Shown here piece by piece: positions 49,426-61,900 of a stretch of DNA of 64,000 nucleotides (position 1 is its first letter; each line of letters opens with the position of its first letter). The translations under genes were made by a program, and so were the position numbers. Origin of the DNA: Botryllus schlosseri (taxonomy: Eukaryota); contig CM119371.1 of the NCBI GenBank assembly GCA_051294905.1, positions 1,056,001-1,120,000 of the forward strand, in the 5' to 3' direction. A model generated the notes under the pieces. That model did no database searches. It was not told where the DNA came from and worked only from the letters and a program-made list of their open reading frames with translations.

Positions 49426-50975
49426 CCCAACATTTGTAAAAATCGACTTGGTTTAGCAGCAACAAAAGTACCAAACAATGTCCTATTGCGGCGTTCAAAC
49501 TGTTCGCACCAAGTCACGAGGTTCCAGGTCTCAAGTCGATCTTACAAGTCGAGTCATCTTCACTTATTCACCGTGTCAAGTCCAACTCCCAGTCGTGTTG
49601 CGGGGGGTAGTGTTCATTGTGTCCATAGTTCAGTTTCGAGTTCAGGTAGCCTACGTTGAATCCAATTTTTTACAATTATGCTTGGGTGATATCGAATGCC
49701 TGGTATTCATAATATGCTGATTTTCATCAGTTATAACAAGTTTTGGCACTAATTTTATGTATGAGTACTGATAGACGAAATACTTATAATATGGAACTTT
49801 ACTATTTTCCGAAGTTGGGATGAAATGCCGTCATGGCTGCTAGAGTTTTGACTCAAAAATACCAACTAGAAAACCAATCGCACTCGAAACCATTTTCCCC
49901 AGTTACATTTTTCAAAGTCCAACTTACTACTGGCAAGGAGCCGCCAAACACTCTGCCCTGCCAGTAGCGTCTTCCTTTGGTTTTCTGCCCTCTTGCCGAA
50001 GGTTGTCTATTCTTGCTTGCTTTTTGCTCTCAATAGTTTTGTGTGACTTTCCGTTGATCGGACTCGGGGTTGAGTTTTCGGGTACGTCGCACTCGTTCCT
50101 CAATCTTCACCTTGTCTCCCGATCGGATATTCGGTTTCACATAATTCGGCAACGGATGTATTTTTAACGCATGCTTTCGTACCAACGTTGCCTTGAAACG
50201 CAAGTCTAGTCGCATCTGAGCAATATGTAGATCCAATGTGTTTTCCCGTTCTGAAATCCAAAGTTTTGTACCGTTCTGTCTCTTTTCCTGTGAGCGACGG
50301 AATCTCCCGATGACTTTCTCTTGAAACTTTGTCGTTTTGGGTTCGATTTTGTAACGGCATCATTCAACGAGTCAGTTTTTTTTTTTTTGTAGCTTCTGCT
50401 TTGTGAGAAATTTCGCTTAACGCTCTTCTTTGAATTCGAAAGTTTCCTTGAAAGGTAGGAATCGGTTTAATTTCCCGGCAAAATAGCACGCCCCTTGTAT
50501 CACAGTAACTTGGTATATTTTCTGAAATAGCACTACTTATTGAGCTAGGCACAATGTACAGAGGACTCGCATCTGAAATCAGTATTAACTTTACCGATTT
50601 TAGTCAAGTAGAGAAATGATTCGTCTCCTTGCCAATAGGGCTGTGCAGAATCGACTACGTGAGTGATTTGATATTGAATCACACATTAGGTTTCGAGCCC
50701 GGTGGAGTATTTGAGTATCACCCATTATGGCAAAATAACAGTATTTGAGATGTAAAAGTTCATATATATATGTATAGCCTACTTTTTACGCTCCTACAAA
50801 GAATATTATATCTGTACTTTGATAGTTGATCCACAATGCCTATCTCATCGCACTTTGTGACAATACTGTGGGTGGATCATGGTTTTAGAATTATGTTGAT
50901 CCCTATACCATTCGTAGCTTTGTACTACATGTTCCGCAGGCTCCGATACGGCCAGTCGAGGTTTCAATGCTTCCA

Positions 50976-52048
50976 CGGTTGCCAGTGAACCCGGCCCTCG
51001 GTAAACCCGGCCCTCGGTGAACCCGGCCCTCGATGAACTCGGTCCCTCTGTGAATTCCGCCTTCGGGAAATTTTAAAATTAAGTGTATTAAGAAGTATTA
51101 ATATGAATTATTAAACAACTAGTAATGTTATAACAACTGATTTGTCGATCTTGTAAGGAGGTCAGGGCATGCGTAGATCACGCAGTCACGGCGTGATCAG
51201 ATCACGTGATCACGATTGCGTGGTCGGCTCAGTATTGAATTGACTGCGCGAGGGGCGGACGTGCGAAGTTCGAGATCCTCGTATCTGTTTATGACATCGC
51301 ATTGGGTCTTATCGCATTGTACATTGTGTGTGACTTATTCAGATGAAAAATATATATCGACGATTGTTATTGCTCACATATCAACCAAGCGCGGTCTGCT
51401 CGTTATTGCAACTGTAGGTTGAGGTGGGGTGTTAGGGTTGGGTAGGGTATAGGGGGAAGGGAGACATCAGGGTTCGGGGAGTGGGACATTAGGGTTGGGG
51501 GAGGGGGGATATTAGGGTTGGTGGAGGTGGGATATTAGGGTTGCCGGAGGTGGGATATTAGGGTTGCCGGAGGTGGGATATTATGGTTGGGGGAGGCGGG
51601 ATATTAGGGTTTGTGGAGGTGGGATATTAGGGTTGCCGGAGGTGGGATATTAGGGATGGGGAGGGGGAATATTAGGATTGCCGGAGGTGGGATATTAGGG
51701 TTGGGGGAGGTGGGATATTAGGGTTACCGGAGGTGGGATATTAGGGTTGGTGGAGGTGGGATATTAGGGTTGCCGGAGGTGGGATATTAGGGTTACCGGA
51801 GGTGGGATATTAGGGTTACCGGAGGTGGGATATTAGGGTTGCCGGAGGTGGGATATTAGGGTTGGGGGAGGTGGGATATTCGGGTTACCGGAGGTGGGAT
51901 ATTGATATGTGAGCGTCCCGTTATCTCCCCCGCTTACTCAATCCGTGAATACAAAATTTCCCGAGGGCCGGGTTCACCGAGGGCCGGGTTCACCAAGGGC
52001 CGGGTTCACTGGGCCGGGTTCACCGAGGGCCGGGTTCACTGGTAATCG
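50976..52048. mobile_element. Unclassified DNA transposon with 6-bp TSD and tandem 16-bp subterminal inverted arrays
   Basis: TSD CTTCCA on both sides; CGGTTGCCAGTGAAC...GTTCACTGGTAATCG; (GGTGAACCCGGCCCTC)n at left and its reverse complement at right. Confidence 0.85.
51431..51903 (+). repeat. G-rich 23-bp minisatellite containing TTAGGG
   Basis: About 18-20 units of GGAGGTGGGATATTAGGGTTGCC and variants. Confidence 0.95.
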
Positions 52049-54777
52049 CTTCCACACTAGAAAATATCGTCGAAACTATAATTCTCGTTATTTAAATACC
52101 GTACATTACATTGGCAAGAAGCGTATATTATCAGCACTCCAAAAATTTGACGACTCGACTCGAATCATTAGATATATTATTCGAAGGAGATTAGAGTATT
52201 CGTATCATTGTGCCTAGCCCTACTAACCACTATGTGTTGACCTAACATTATTGTTTCGATCATATTGCCACTGTGGAAGCCTTGGAACTGCATTGGTCAT
52301 TTAGCAGCATACGAAAGCTGTTATACAAAACTACGTTAGTTGAAAGGAAACATCAAAAACCCGCAGCATCTGCAATTAAATAGGCATGGTCGAAAAAAAA
52401 ACATATTATTTTTAATATGACGTAGAGCCGGCATCATATTATTTGTAGTTGCATGAAAGGTAGGCCTACATATTCGCACTTTCCACATTTTCGTGCCACT
52501 ATGATGTCATAAGTAGCGATACTTGACTCAACGCCTAATATTCGATTCATGTTCAAATCACTCAGAAACTCGATTTTCACAACCCTACCAATGAATACTG
52601 CAAGGAGATTGTCAGTGCTCATCAACTCCCAAAAAACATCATGTTTCAATAATAAATGGCAGTATCTCACTCGAAATCTATTCGGGTGGCCAACCATTAA
52701 GAGCGTATTCTTTCACATACCATTTCAGGCTATATTATTATTGGCTGGTATGCAGACTTGTACAATCTACCAATCTAATTCGTTGACAGTCCACTAACAA
52801 CTGATTTTTTGATTAGTTATTGTTGTGGATTTTGAAAAGTGAGTAGATTTAGTTACAGCAGGGCATTAAATTTGCTAGTTGCCAACAACTCGGAAACTCG
52901 CGTCATAGCTTGACGTGAATCATGATACGACCGTTTTATTGCATGATGTTCTGGCACGGAGTCATTGTGTTAACACTCGAGTCCGGGTTTAAGTCATAGT
53001 GTTTATTGTTCAGCGTCGAGTTCAAGTCAGGTTCAACTCACTTCTGTAGAACTGTTGGGTGATATTGAAGGCATATAAACAAGACGATACTCAATTTTAT
53101 CACTCTAAATACTGTATGCTTATTCAAACAGATAAAAGACAGTTCCCGGGCCAATTTTTCAGTTATCATTATGCTACTGACATAAGAGATTTGATTACGT
53201 CATATATAATGTGTAGAGTCATGTGAATTGGTCGAGTCATGAGCAATGACTCCAATGTAGGTCAAGTCGATACAAAAATTGACTCGAGCAGAATTAAGGC
53301 ATTCTTCATTTATAAGAAAATTACTCATGTCAAGTTCAGTCAACGAAAAATTGTGACATTACATTCCTGGTCAAACCTGAAAAGACATTTTTGCCGTACC
53401 CTTTCGAGACATCTGAGAGTATGATAGAGTCCAGTCCACACCAAGGCCGCAGTACTTAGAAGATAATAAATGAAATAATCATGTTATTGGTTTTTTCACT
53501 TCGCCTGGCGGTAACTTCAATACAACCACATAAAACACACTTAATATCAGAATGGCACAGGCAACTTTTTCATTAGATTGAACTTTCCGATATTAACTTT
53601 CAATTTGCACGTAATTGCCGTAAATACATGGTAGTCACACACATGGTTAGAAGCAGACTTGCATAAATCGCCAAGCCGGTTGACCGTCAATTAACTACGG
53701 GTTATCCTGTAGTTCTAGATGAGGATTTCAAACATTGAGTGGTGCTAATTTTGCATTTTAAAGATAATGCAGTTGTGAAAACAACCAGAAAAGAGGTGCT
53801 ATCGTTATGTGTTTTGTTGTGTAATGTTCTTGCAGCCCTCGTTAGGTCAGAATCATAGTTACTAACAGTGGCATGGGCAAGCGTTGGTTTTGTGGGTACA
53901 AATGCCTCTCTTTTTAAGCTCGAAGCCCCTTCTTTACGAAATGCCAATTCTATCCCAAATATTTCTCAGCTCATTTGCAATTAAGTAGCAGACATGGGGT
54001 GATTACTTCATGAATGTAATCGATTGCGATTACGATTACTACCGAATGACGCGATTATGATTACGATCACGATTACTGCAAAATCAGGAGGTAGTCGATT
54101 ACGATTACGATTACACTGGAAAAGTAATCACGATTACTCACGATTACATTTATTTTACATCTTAGAAGCTATGCTGGAAGACGATATATGGATTTTGCAG
54201 AAAAAGCCTAAGGAGATAACAAACACCCTTTAAAAAAGATGCGTTATTTGCTTGTTACGTCATAATGTACCTATTGCCCATTTTTATAGAGGTCAATTTA
54301 TCGCGCCCAACGATTTGGATTCTTGCTCGGGCCATAACTGCCACACCCAAAATTTTCCAATAGGGTGGAGAGCGAGCTCGAAGGGGACTCCAAAAGTATT
54401 TCGTGAATCAACATAGTTATAGAGTATTTTCGAGAGATCTAATAAACTTGAAAATCCTCTCTAGATCAGTGATTCCCAACCACGGCTCCCAGCTTGCCTA
54501 CTTGCAGCTCCCATTGACGTTGGAAAATCCAACAAAAATATTAAAATATCAATCTATAACAAACAAAGAAATTGATACTCAAAAATTACACTTTCTTGGC
54601 TTGGAAACTGGAGTTTATAATTAAGGGTGGAGACCAATTCCTTTGCTGTCGAGTTACGATTCTCTACTCAGCAACGATTTCGTTACTCAGATCACGTCAG
54701 AAAGTATGCTCATTGCTCACACTCAAGTTTAAGTTTGCTTATGATCAGAGTTAATTAAGAGCAAGTGGTGTTACAAC

Positions 54778-56789
54778 CAGGGCTGTGGAGTCGGTAAATT
54801 TTACCACCGACTCCGGCTCCGACTCCGACTCCACACATTTTCAATATACCGACTCCGACACCGACTCCGACTCCTAAGTCTTTAAACGTACCGACTCTGA
54901 CTCCGACTCCGACTCCCGACTCCGACTCCAGCATTATTACCAATTTACTTCGAAAATTATATGCCACATTGTCGGTTGAATGACTATCATACAACCATTA
55001 AACATATGCAAATTGCAAACATATGATTAACGGTGGCATGCTAAATTGTTTCATTGTGGTACAGCTCGACTTATCTACTATGCAATTAACATGAAAGAAA
55101 GATTTGCTAAATATCCTTCCTTTTGTAAGTTTTTTTAACATGGACCCTTTAATATCCTGAAATGTATGGAGCATTCAAATATGGCAGATATCCAATCCTG
55201 TATAATAAAAATCTAGATAAAAAATTCAAGTGTAGCTCTTGTGTATGAGTAACCAACTAATAGAGAGATTGAACCCACTAATTTTGTCATTGCACACTAT
55301 ACTGATTACCAGCATACACACTCTTACTACTAATGCAGATTGGTCATAAATGGAATTTAGTTAAGTATTCAAAGACCATAGCCTATGTGTAGTCTACATG
55401 CACTTGGGGGACATTGGGACTTGCAGTCTTTCTTAATCATTTGTTCGACTCAAACAGCTGAGCTACACTACAAATATTTTTAATTTTGTGAAATGGGAAG
55501 CATCGTTTGGTCAAATTTACATCATTTTTACAATTTTACAAAACCAGCCGATGCATTTGCTCTGTCACAGTATCATGGTATAATTTCAAAAATTGCATCA
55601 ATTTTGACTGCATCGCAAAAACGCATATTGCTATTTTCTTCCCCTGTGCAACTGAGTTGTAATTTGCAAGTAATGTGTAATTTTAACTATATCAGGGGTG
55701 GGCAACTTTTTCGGCCAAAGGGACACATGAGATTTACGAACCATTGCGCGGGCAACTGGAATGTTGATAGCCTTTTTTTAGGAACGAACCGAATTAGGTA
55801 ACATTGCAACAAGACTTATATTAATACGCTCTGAAATTGATAACAATATATCATGCAACTGTGCAGTGCGCAATTAGGCCCTCGTCGCGCGAAGTGCGAA
55901 ATTTTTTGCAAGATAATGACTGAATTATATCAATATGTTGCTAACATACATTGGGGGTCGCATCTGTATACCACTGGGCTCATTTGGCAAGGAGAGGATT
56001 ATTCGACGTTTGGACATAGCAAAATCGACGGTATCAGTGAACATGCCTTTATCATTTTGTGCAAATGTTTTGTCGACGATCTCGCTGCGAGTGCACAAGC
56101 GAAGCCGCATGTTGAATGACAGTATCTCATAATTGCGAATATAGTTGGACTCAATTCTGTGAATAATATGTATTTATAATTTTCAGAAGGGGGCTCAAAT
56201 AATGAATGCAAAAAATCTAGTGACAATGAATCATGCGAAGTACCGAGAAAAATTTCGAATCGAATAAATCTGCTATGAAATGTTCTACTTCATGATGATA
56301 AACGAAGATCTGGGATAAATGTGGCTGGCCCCTGGATACGTCAATGCGTCCGAACTGTTGTTTTAGTCATCATCAAATTTCGCGGTCATGGTAATAAAAT
56401 TTTGGTTGGCCTTGCAATTGTACCTGATGTCATAAATAATTTCGAGAATTACCTCGCAGGCCATACCTAACATTTTCGTGTGCCAAATTTGACCTGCGTG
56501 CCCCGGGCTGGACGCACTTAATCTTTAAGGTTATTAATAACAGTGGTTGGTGGTACATAAAAATTCTATTGAAAATTCTTTGAAAGCAAATGTTTTCATG
56601 ATAGAGAAGTTGGAGTCGGAGTCGAAGTCAGGGTCATTCTCACAAACTCCGACTCCGACTTCAGTCAGTATTTTCCCCACGACTCCGACTCGAGCTATTA
56701 TAGTTTTCACGACTCCGACTCCGACTCCATCAAGCAAAATCACCCCTGACTCCGACTCCACCGACTCCGACTTCGAATCCACAGCCCTG
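54778..56789. mobile_element. hAT element with (GACTCC)n subterminal arrays
   Basis: CAGGGCTGTGGA...TCCACAGCCCTG; perfect TSD GTTACAAC; contains a Charlie-like MITE starting at ~55692. Confidence 0.92.
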
Positions 56790-57044
56790 GTTACAACACG
56801 TTTTACATCGCTATCAGACCACCAAGCCAATGGATCTTTGACTTGATTGTAAAGTTCAACGGCCGCATTGACGGATTGAATGCTTTTTTGCCCATGATGA
56901 AATTGTTTTTAAGTCCTATTGTAGTTAAAGTGGCCACTGACCGTAGTAGTTTACAACTTGATTTGCTAGACATGCAGTCATGATATAAGACAATTTGTTT
57001 GTGCGTCTCACGATAGTTTTTCTTTTAGTCTGCTACGTTTAAGC

Positions 57045-58620
57045 CAGTGCTCTTCAACCTTTTTCGGAGTGGTACACCCTTTTAACGTTTGCTCAAATCT
57101 CGTACACCCCTGTTCATTAGGGGTCTTCAAAAATGACTTTTTTTCTCAAATCGTACTGGCTACTTGATAAAATTGTTAGGTTACCTAATTTAAGCCTACA
57201 CACCAAATTTGGTGCGATTCCAACCAGTAGCCGCATTGCTACGGGAAAAATAAATAAAGAAAAATTTGAAAATATGGTAAGCCTAGTGTACGTTATGTGA
57301 GACCGCTTTTCCCGCCTAGACGCGCGAATAATTTCAGTAATTCAAGAATGTAATCGGGCAATATGATCGGGAATTACATATATATTGCTATCAATTTCGA
57401 TCCTCTCTCTGCTCACGTAATCAGATTCACCGGTAGAGCTGAGCGAAGTCTGTTTTAAAATTGTAGGACATCTCAATAATAATTAGACATCTTCGGGCGT
57501 ATACCCGTTGGCAGGAACGAAACAGCACTTCGTCAGCCCCGCCCCCCCCCACAAAAACTTGGGTTTTTGGTTCTCATAGGGTGATAAACCCACCCCTCAT
57601 CACAGTGTTCGCTTTTGCCGAGAAATTTGCTGCACTGTTTAGTGTGCCAGCTCGAAGCGCGAAAATTTTCGATAATTCATGATACAATCGGCCAATAAGA
57701 TTGCATTGCATATATATTGCTATCAATATCTTGTCCTCTCTGCTCATGTTATCAGATTTACCGGAAACTGTAGGGCCCATAAATAATAATTAAACATTTT
57801 CGGGTGGGCGGACCCGTTGGTATGACTTCGTTACATTATTTTATTTCGTGACCTCCTGTCTGCTATATCAAAAATATAGAATTGCTCTAACGTACTAAAC
57901 TAAAAGACGCACACGATCTCAAATTGGTATTTCTTCACTGGGATATATATTTTTCTTGCTGGATGGTATTTGTCTTCTGAGGTTCAGATTGCCAAGACAG
58001 GAACATATGGCGCCAGTCATTTAGGCGCCTATGGACAATCAAACCTATTATTTGGTATATATAACGAAGTTTTCGGTCTGCGTAAGGGCAGTCCGTTTCG
58101 GCCAAGCTTTTCGCGCTGCCGATCGTTCTGGCACACTTCTTGGAGTCGCATGTAATAAGTACTAAATCATTATATATCTTGGTGCGTGGTGGCGTGTTAA
58201 TGGCCAACGCCGATATGTCCATTTCTATAAATGTTGCGTGTTTTTTCTTGGTGGAAGAGTACCAAATAATGAACATAATTGGCAACTTTAAATCGCGCGC
58301 AGCGCGAAAAATTTTGGAAAAAATTGCATAAATTTTCAAAAAATACGCCATAATTTATGTTAATTCACGAAATAATTTCGGGCCCCCTTCGAGCTCAGCC
58401 CCCCAATTGGGGGGTTTGGGGTGTGGCAGTTACGGTGCTGCATGCTCATTAACCTGTGCGTCAACCTGTCCTGACCCATAAACCTGCCTTTGTAATAGCT
58501 AGCCATCGGCTCATTGTAATTCGGATCTGGTACACCCCTGTACACCCCATCCGAGTGGTACACCCTTTGCAAATTCTGGTACACCCTAGGGTGTACGACC
58601 ACCCCGGTTGAAGAGCACTG
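57045..58620. mobile_element. hAT element with GTACACCC subterminal repeats
   Basis: CAGTGCTCTTCAACC...GGTTGAAGAGCACTG; perfect TSD GTTTAAGC. Confidence 0.92.
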
Positions 58621-58707
58621 GTTTAAGCCACTACAATACAATATCTGTTGATTATATAACAAATCGGAGGTCACGAATTAACAACATACACTAAAGTAGG
58701 TAATTGT

Positions 58708-58946
58708 GTGGTGAGATAGCGCAGTGGTATAATCCATGGCTTCAACAGCAATGGTTCCTACCGAAGTGTTGGAGGTTTATCTAGGCTCCTCCTCCTCCTC
58801 ACAGCCTCATCCGCGTAAGCGGTGTCTTAAAAAAAGCCTAGAAATGGACCGTGCTACAAGTTGGCAGATACGGAATCAGAAATGTAGAAAATCGGCCTGG
58901 TGTAAATGACCGCTGTGGTCGACAAACACCATGAATACCTCAAACA
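58708..58946 (+). mobile_element. tRNA-derived SINE copy with the B-box region deleted
   Basis: Homologous to the copies at 34503 and 49159. Confidence 0.8.
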
Positions 58947-61900
58947 AGCTCTACAGGTAGATCTGACCATCGGGGGCTGAGAGAGGATTAAAAACTTGCA
59001 GTAATATAATGCAATTACTAAAATTATTGACGAAATTAAGTCTTTAACTTGAGATTGCCATCCTACGGGGCCAAAGACCAAAGTTTGGAGTGGGGGACGA
59101 ATTGCTGCTTTGGTCCTGATTCCAGCTGCATCCCACGCTAACATTATGTTTAAGCATATGGCCATGGCAGTAGGTCCCAATGTTGAGTAAATGATTGTGA
59201 AATAACGATTTGCGCCCGTTTTAAGTAGAGTCATATGAGAATAAGAAGAAGCGAACATAAAATTCTGCCTTCAACTTTATCAATTTAATACTGCAAGCTG
59301 CAGTTACGAGAACCGGCAAAAAACGGCTCGGTTATGATATATATATCACCAGCTGTGATTTCCCTGCTTCGTTGTTGAAACCCCAATCTTTTATATGACG
59401 AGAACAAAATATCAAATCATCGCCCGGTGTCCATACGTACTAGATAGGCCTACTGCTCGCCCAGCAACAACGGTCGAACTGCGTTTAACTAAGCATAACC
59501 AAACATCAACACATAAGTTACTATTTTAAACTACGCAGAGCGGGGATAAATTATACTGCTGCAAGGTAGTGGCGTGTGGAACGGGTTGGATAACCTGGTA
59601 TAAAACACGGAAGGTGTTCTTACAATCACACTGATGCATGACGCACGTAGTACGTACATCTAACATCTATTTACTGTGGATACTTCTTTCGCAATGACGC
59701 GCAAAGCTAACTGCGGCTTCTGACGTAACAATGAGCAGTGGCGTTTGAAAATCAGACACTTGTGCTATCACGATCCTGGTATAATATCTCTTCCTTGTTC
59801 ACAAATGTTCAGTTTATGTCATAGTCCTCGTACAAATAAAAAGTAATCGTTCTTTCACAGAGAAATCGATTAAATACTGGAAGTAGTCGATTACGATTAC
59901 GATTACTTCGGATTTTTTTTCGAATGTAATCGATTGCGATTACGATTACTTGAAAATGCTGTAATCGTCGTAATCGATTACGATTACTAATCGCGATTAC
60001 CCCATGTCTGTTCAGTAGTTCATATTATTTACAGATACAAGTTTTTAGTAGGTTTGTCCAGACATTTAAACATCGTTGGTTGTAGATCTAGTTATAGCTG
60101 AGAGTTTTGTAAGATCAGTACAGATGTAGCAGATGTAGTTTGTGCAAGTCCGGTTGCAGCGCAGAATAGTGGAATGAATTAACTATAGACGCGGCAACAT
60201 ACATTATCCTCACCATTCAGCGCATTGAAATTTTTTTTCCATTTTAATAGGTCTTGAATTGGATGAAGCACATCTGTTGGACATTCCAATGGCGGAGTTG
60301 ATGAAGATCTGAATACAGGGTGTCAAAAACGTGACAGCAACGTATGCAAATTCACGAAGACGTGGACGAGTTGTACAATGTGCATGCACCTTATCACTAG
60401 GCCTACACCACTAATAGTCAGGTAATATAGAGACATTACAGTGAATATAGTGAACTGGGATATATCTATCCCTTGATGGCGTGATACTAGTTGAAGAGCC
60501 ATGAAAGGCCCATGTTTAAACAACAAAGATAAGACTACATTGTCCTTTATAACATCTGTACTTATCGTGGACCAGATTTTGTAAAACTATTTTAGACCCG
60601 ACCCCTTTATTTATAGTGAAAAATTTCGCGCCCTCTTATCGTGATATCACAAAATATCGAAGAGGGCAATGATAACGCAAGCAATCTCAACGAATAGTTT
60701 GATTTCATTGAAGGTTACGAGAGAATTCACAAATATGAAATACGGGACAGAGTAATAACCACAGATTGTACGTAAATCGCAAGGAACGCGAACCATTTTC
60801 AGTTAACAGTTTCGATTCGGGTCCAGTAATAGAGTGCCACTCAAAGTTAAAATATGTACTGTTTATGCTACTACAATGAATATAATGCCTGCTTTCCATC
60901 TCATAAAAGATACTTTGGTACTTTTTCGACCATACCGATTATATTCCACCTGTTAATTATGTTGTAGGATAATCATGATTTCCGAAATGGGCTACGTCCA
61001 GTCACCTTCGTAGCTGTGTAATAGCCTATATGTTTCGTATGCTAAGATACAGCCAATCAAGGATTCAACAGTACAAATTAGAATTTAAATTTTAATTCTT
61101 GTTGATAAATTAACTTTCAGTGTCAAGGAGCGTATAATTTCAGTACTGTTTCATTGTGCCCAGCCCTATTTATTAGTCATCACGTGTCGTAAATAGGAGT
61201 GTGCAGACGTGATCAAATTATATTTTTAGTCATCATGATACCAATATTTGTCGTTAGGGGTGGACGCAATGACCGAACAAGATTTAGGGGCCCACACACT
61301 AGATCAGTGGCTCCCAACCTTTTTCGACTCATCGCCCCCTTTTCAAACTCCACACCGTTCATCGCCCCCAAATATTGGGAACCGAAAAATGGGCATACAG
61401 ACTGAAATCACCGGCGAGATGACTAAGAATAAAGGTCAACTTTACGGCTCGACCTCGAAATTACACTTTCCCAGCTAGATTTTGGTGAGTTGACTAACAA
61501 AAAAGGTGATTTCTCCGACTTGATTCCGAAAGGACCGTTACAGCACTTCGTCAGAACCCCCCAATACGTTGGTCTTGCCCCCCATATCCATAGGGCAATA
61601 AAGAAAACTTCTGCACCCCTCAGACCACCCCCTCCCCGATACCTCTTTACCGCTACTTCTCAGTGCAAATTGTTAGACGGCTTATTTCGCGCAAATGTCC
61701 ATCATTCATGGTGAATATGAAAATGTGTAGTTTGTAAATACAAGAGTCATATATATATATATATATGAAGAAGTCTTGGGAATGTGTTATGAGCTAGAGA
61801 ATCATAGATTGTTTTCACGCAGCTATGCACTGCATCATAATTACTGATTCGAACAAGGAGAGAGGAAATCCTTCGAATAATTCGAGTTTTTCGTTGTCTT

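Larger units (their letters stand above)
50636..52222. mobile_element. Old hAT-type MITE hosting the minisatellite element
   Basis: TAGGGCTGTGCA...TGCCTAGCCCTA termini; related to ~6058-6572. Confidence 0.55.
53989..60010. mobile_element. hAT-type element with (GATTAC)n subterminal arrays, enclosing several nested elements
   Basis: CAGACATGGG...CCCATGTCTG; TSD ttaagtag/ttcagtag. Confidence 0.7.

Noticed and set aside
51431..51903. CRISPR array or true telomere
   Set aside because: Head-to-tail units with no unique spacers; TTAGGG is not tandem; the array is internal to a TIR element.
54755..56846. GV/TP-repeat ORFs (54755-54994, 56534-56830, 56547-56846)
   Set aside because: Translations of (GACTCC)n transposon subterminal arrays.
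58854..59258. 134-aa minus-strand ORF
   Set aside because: Runs into antisense SINE sequence and has no recognisable motif.
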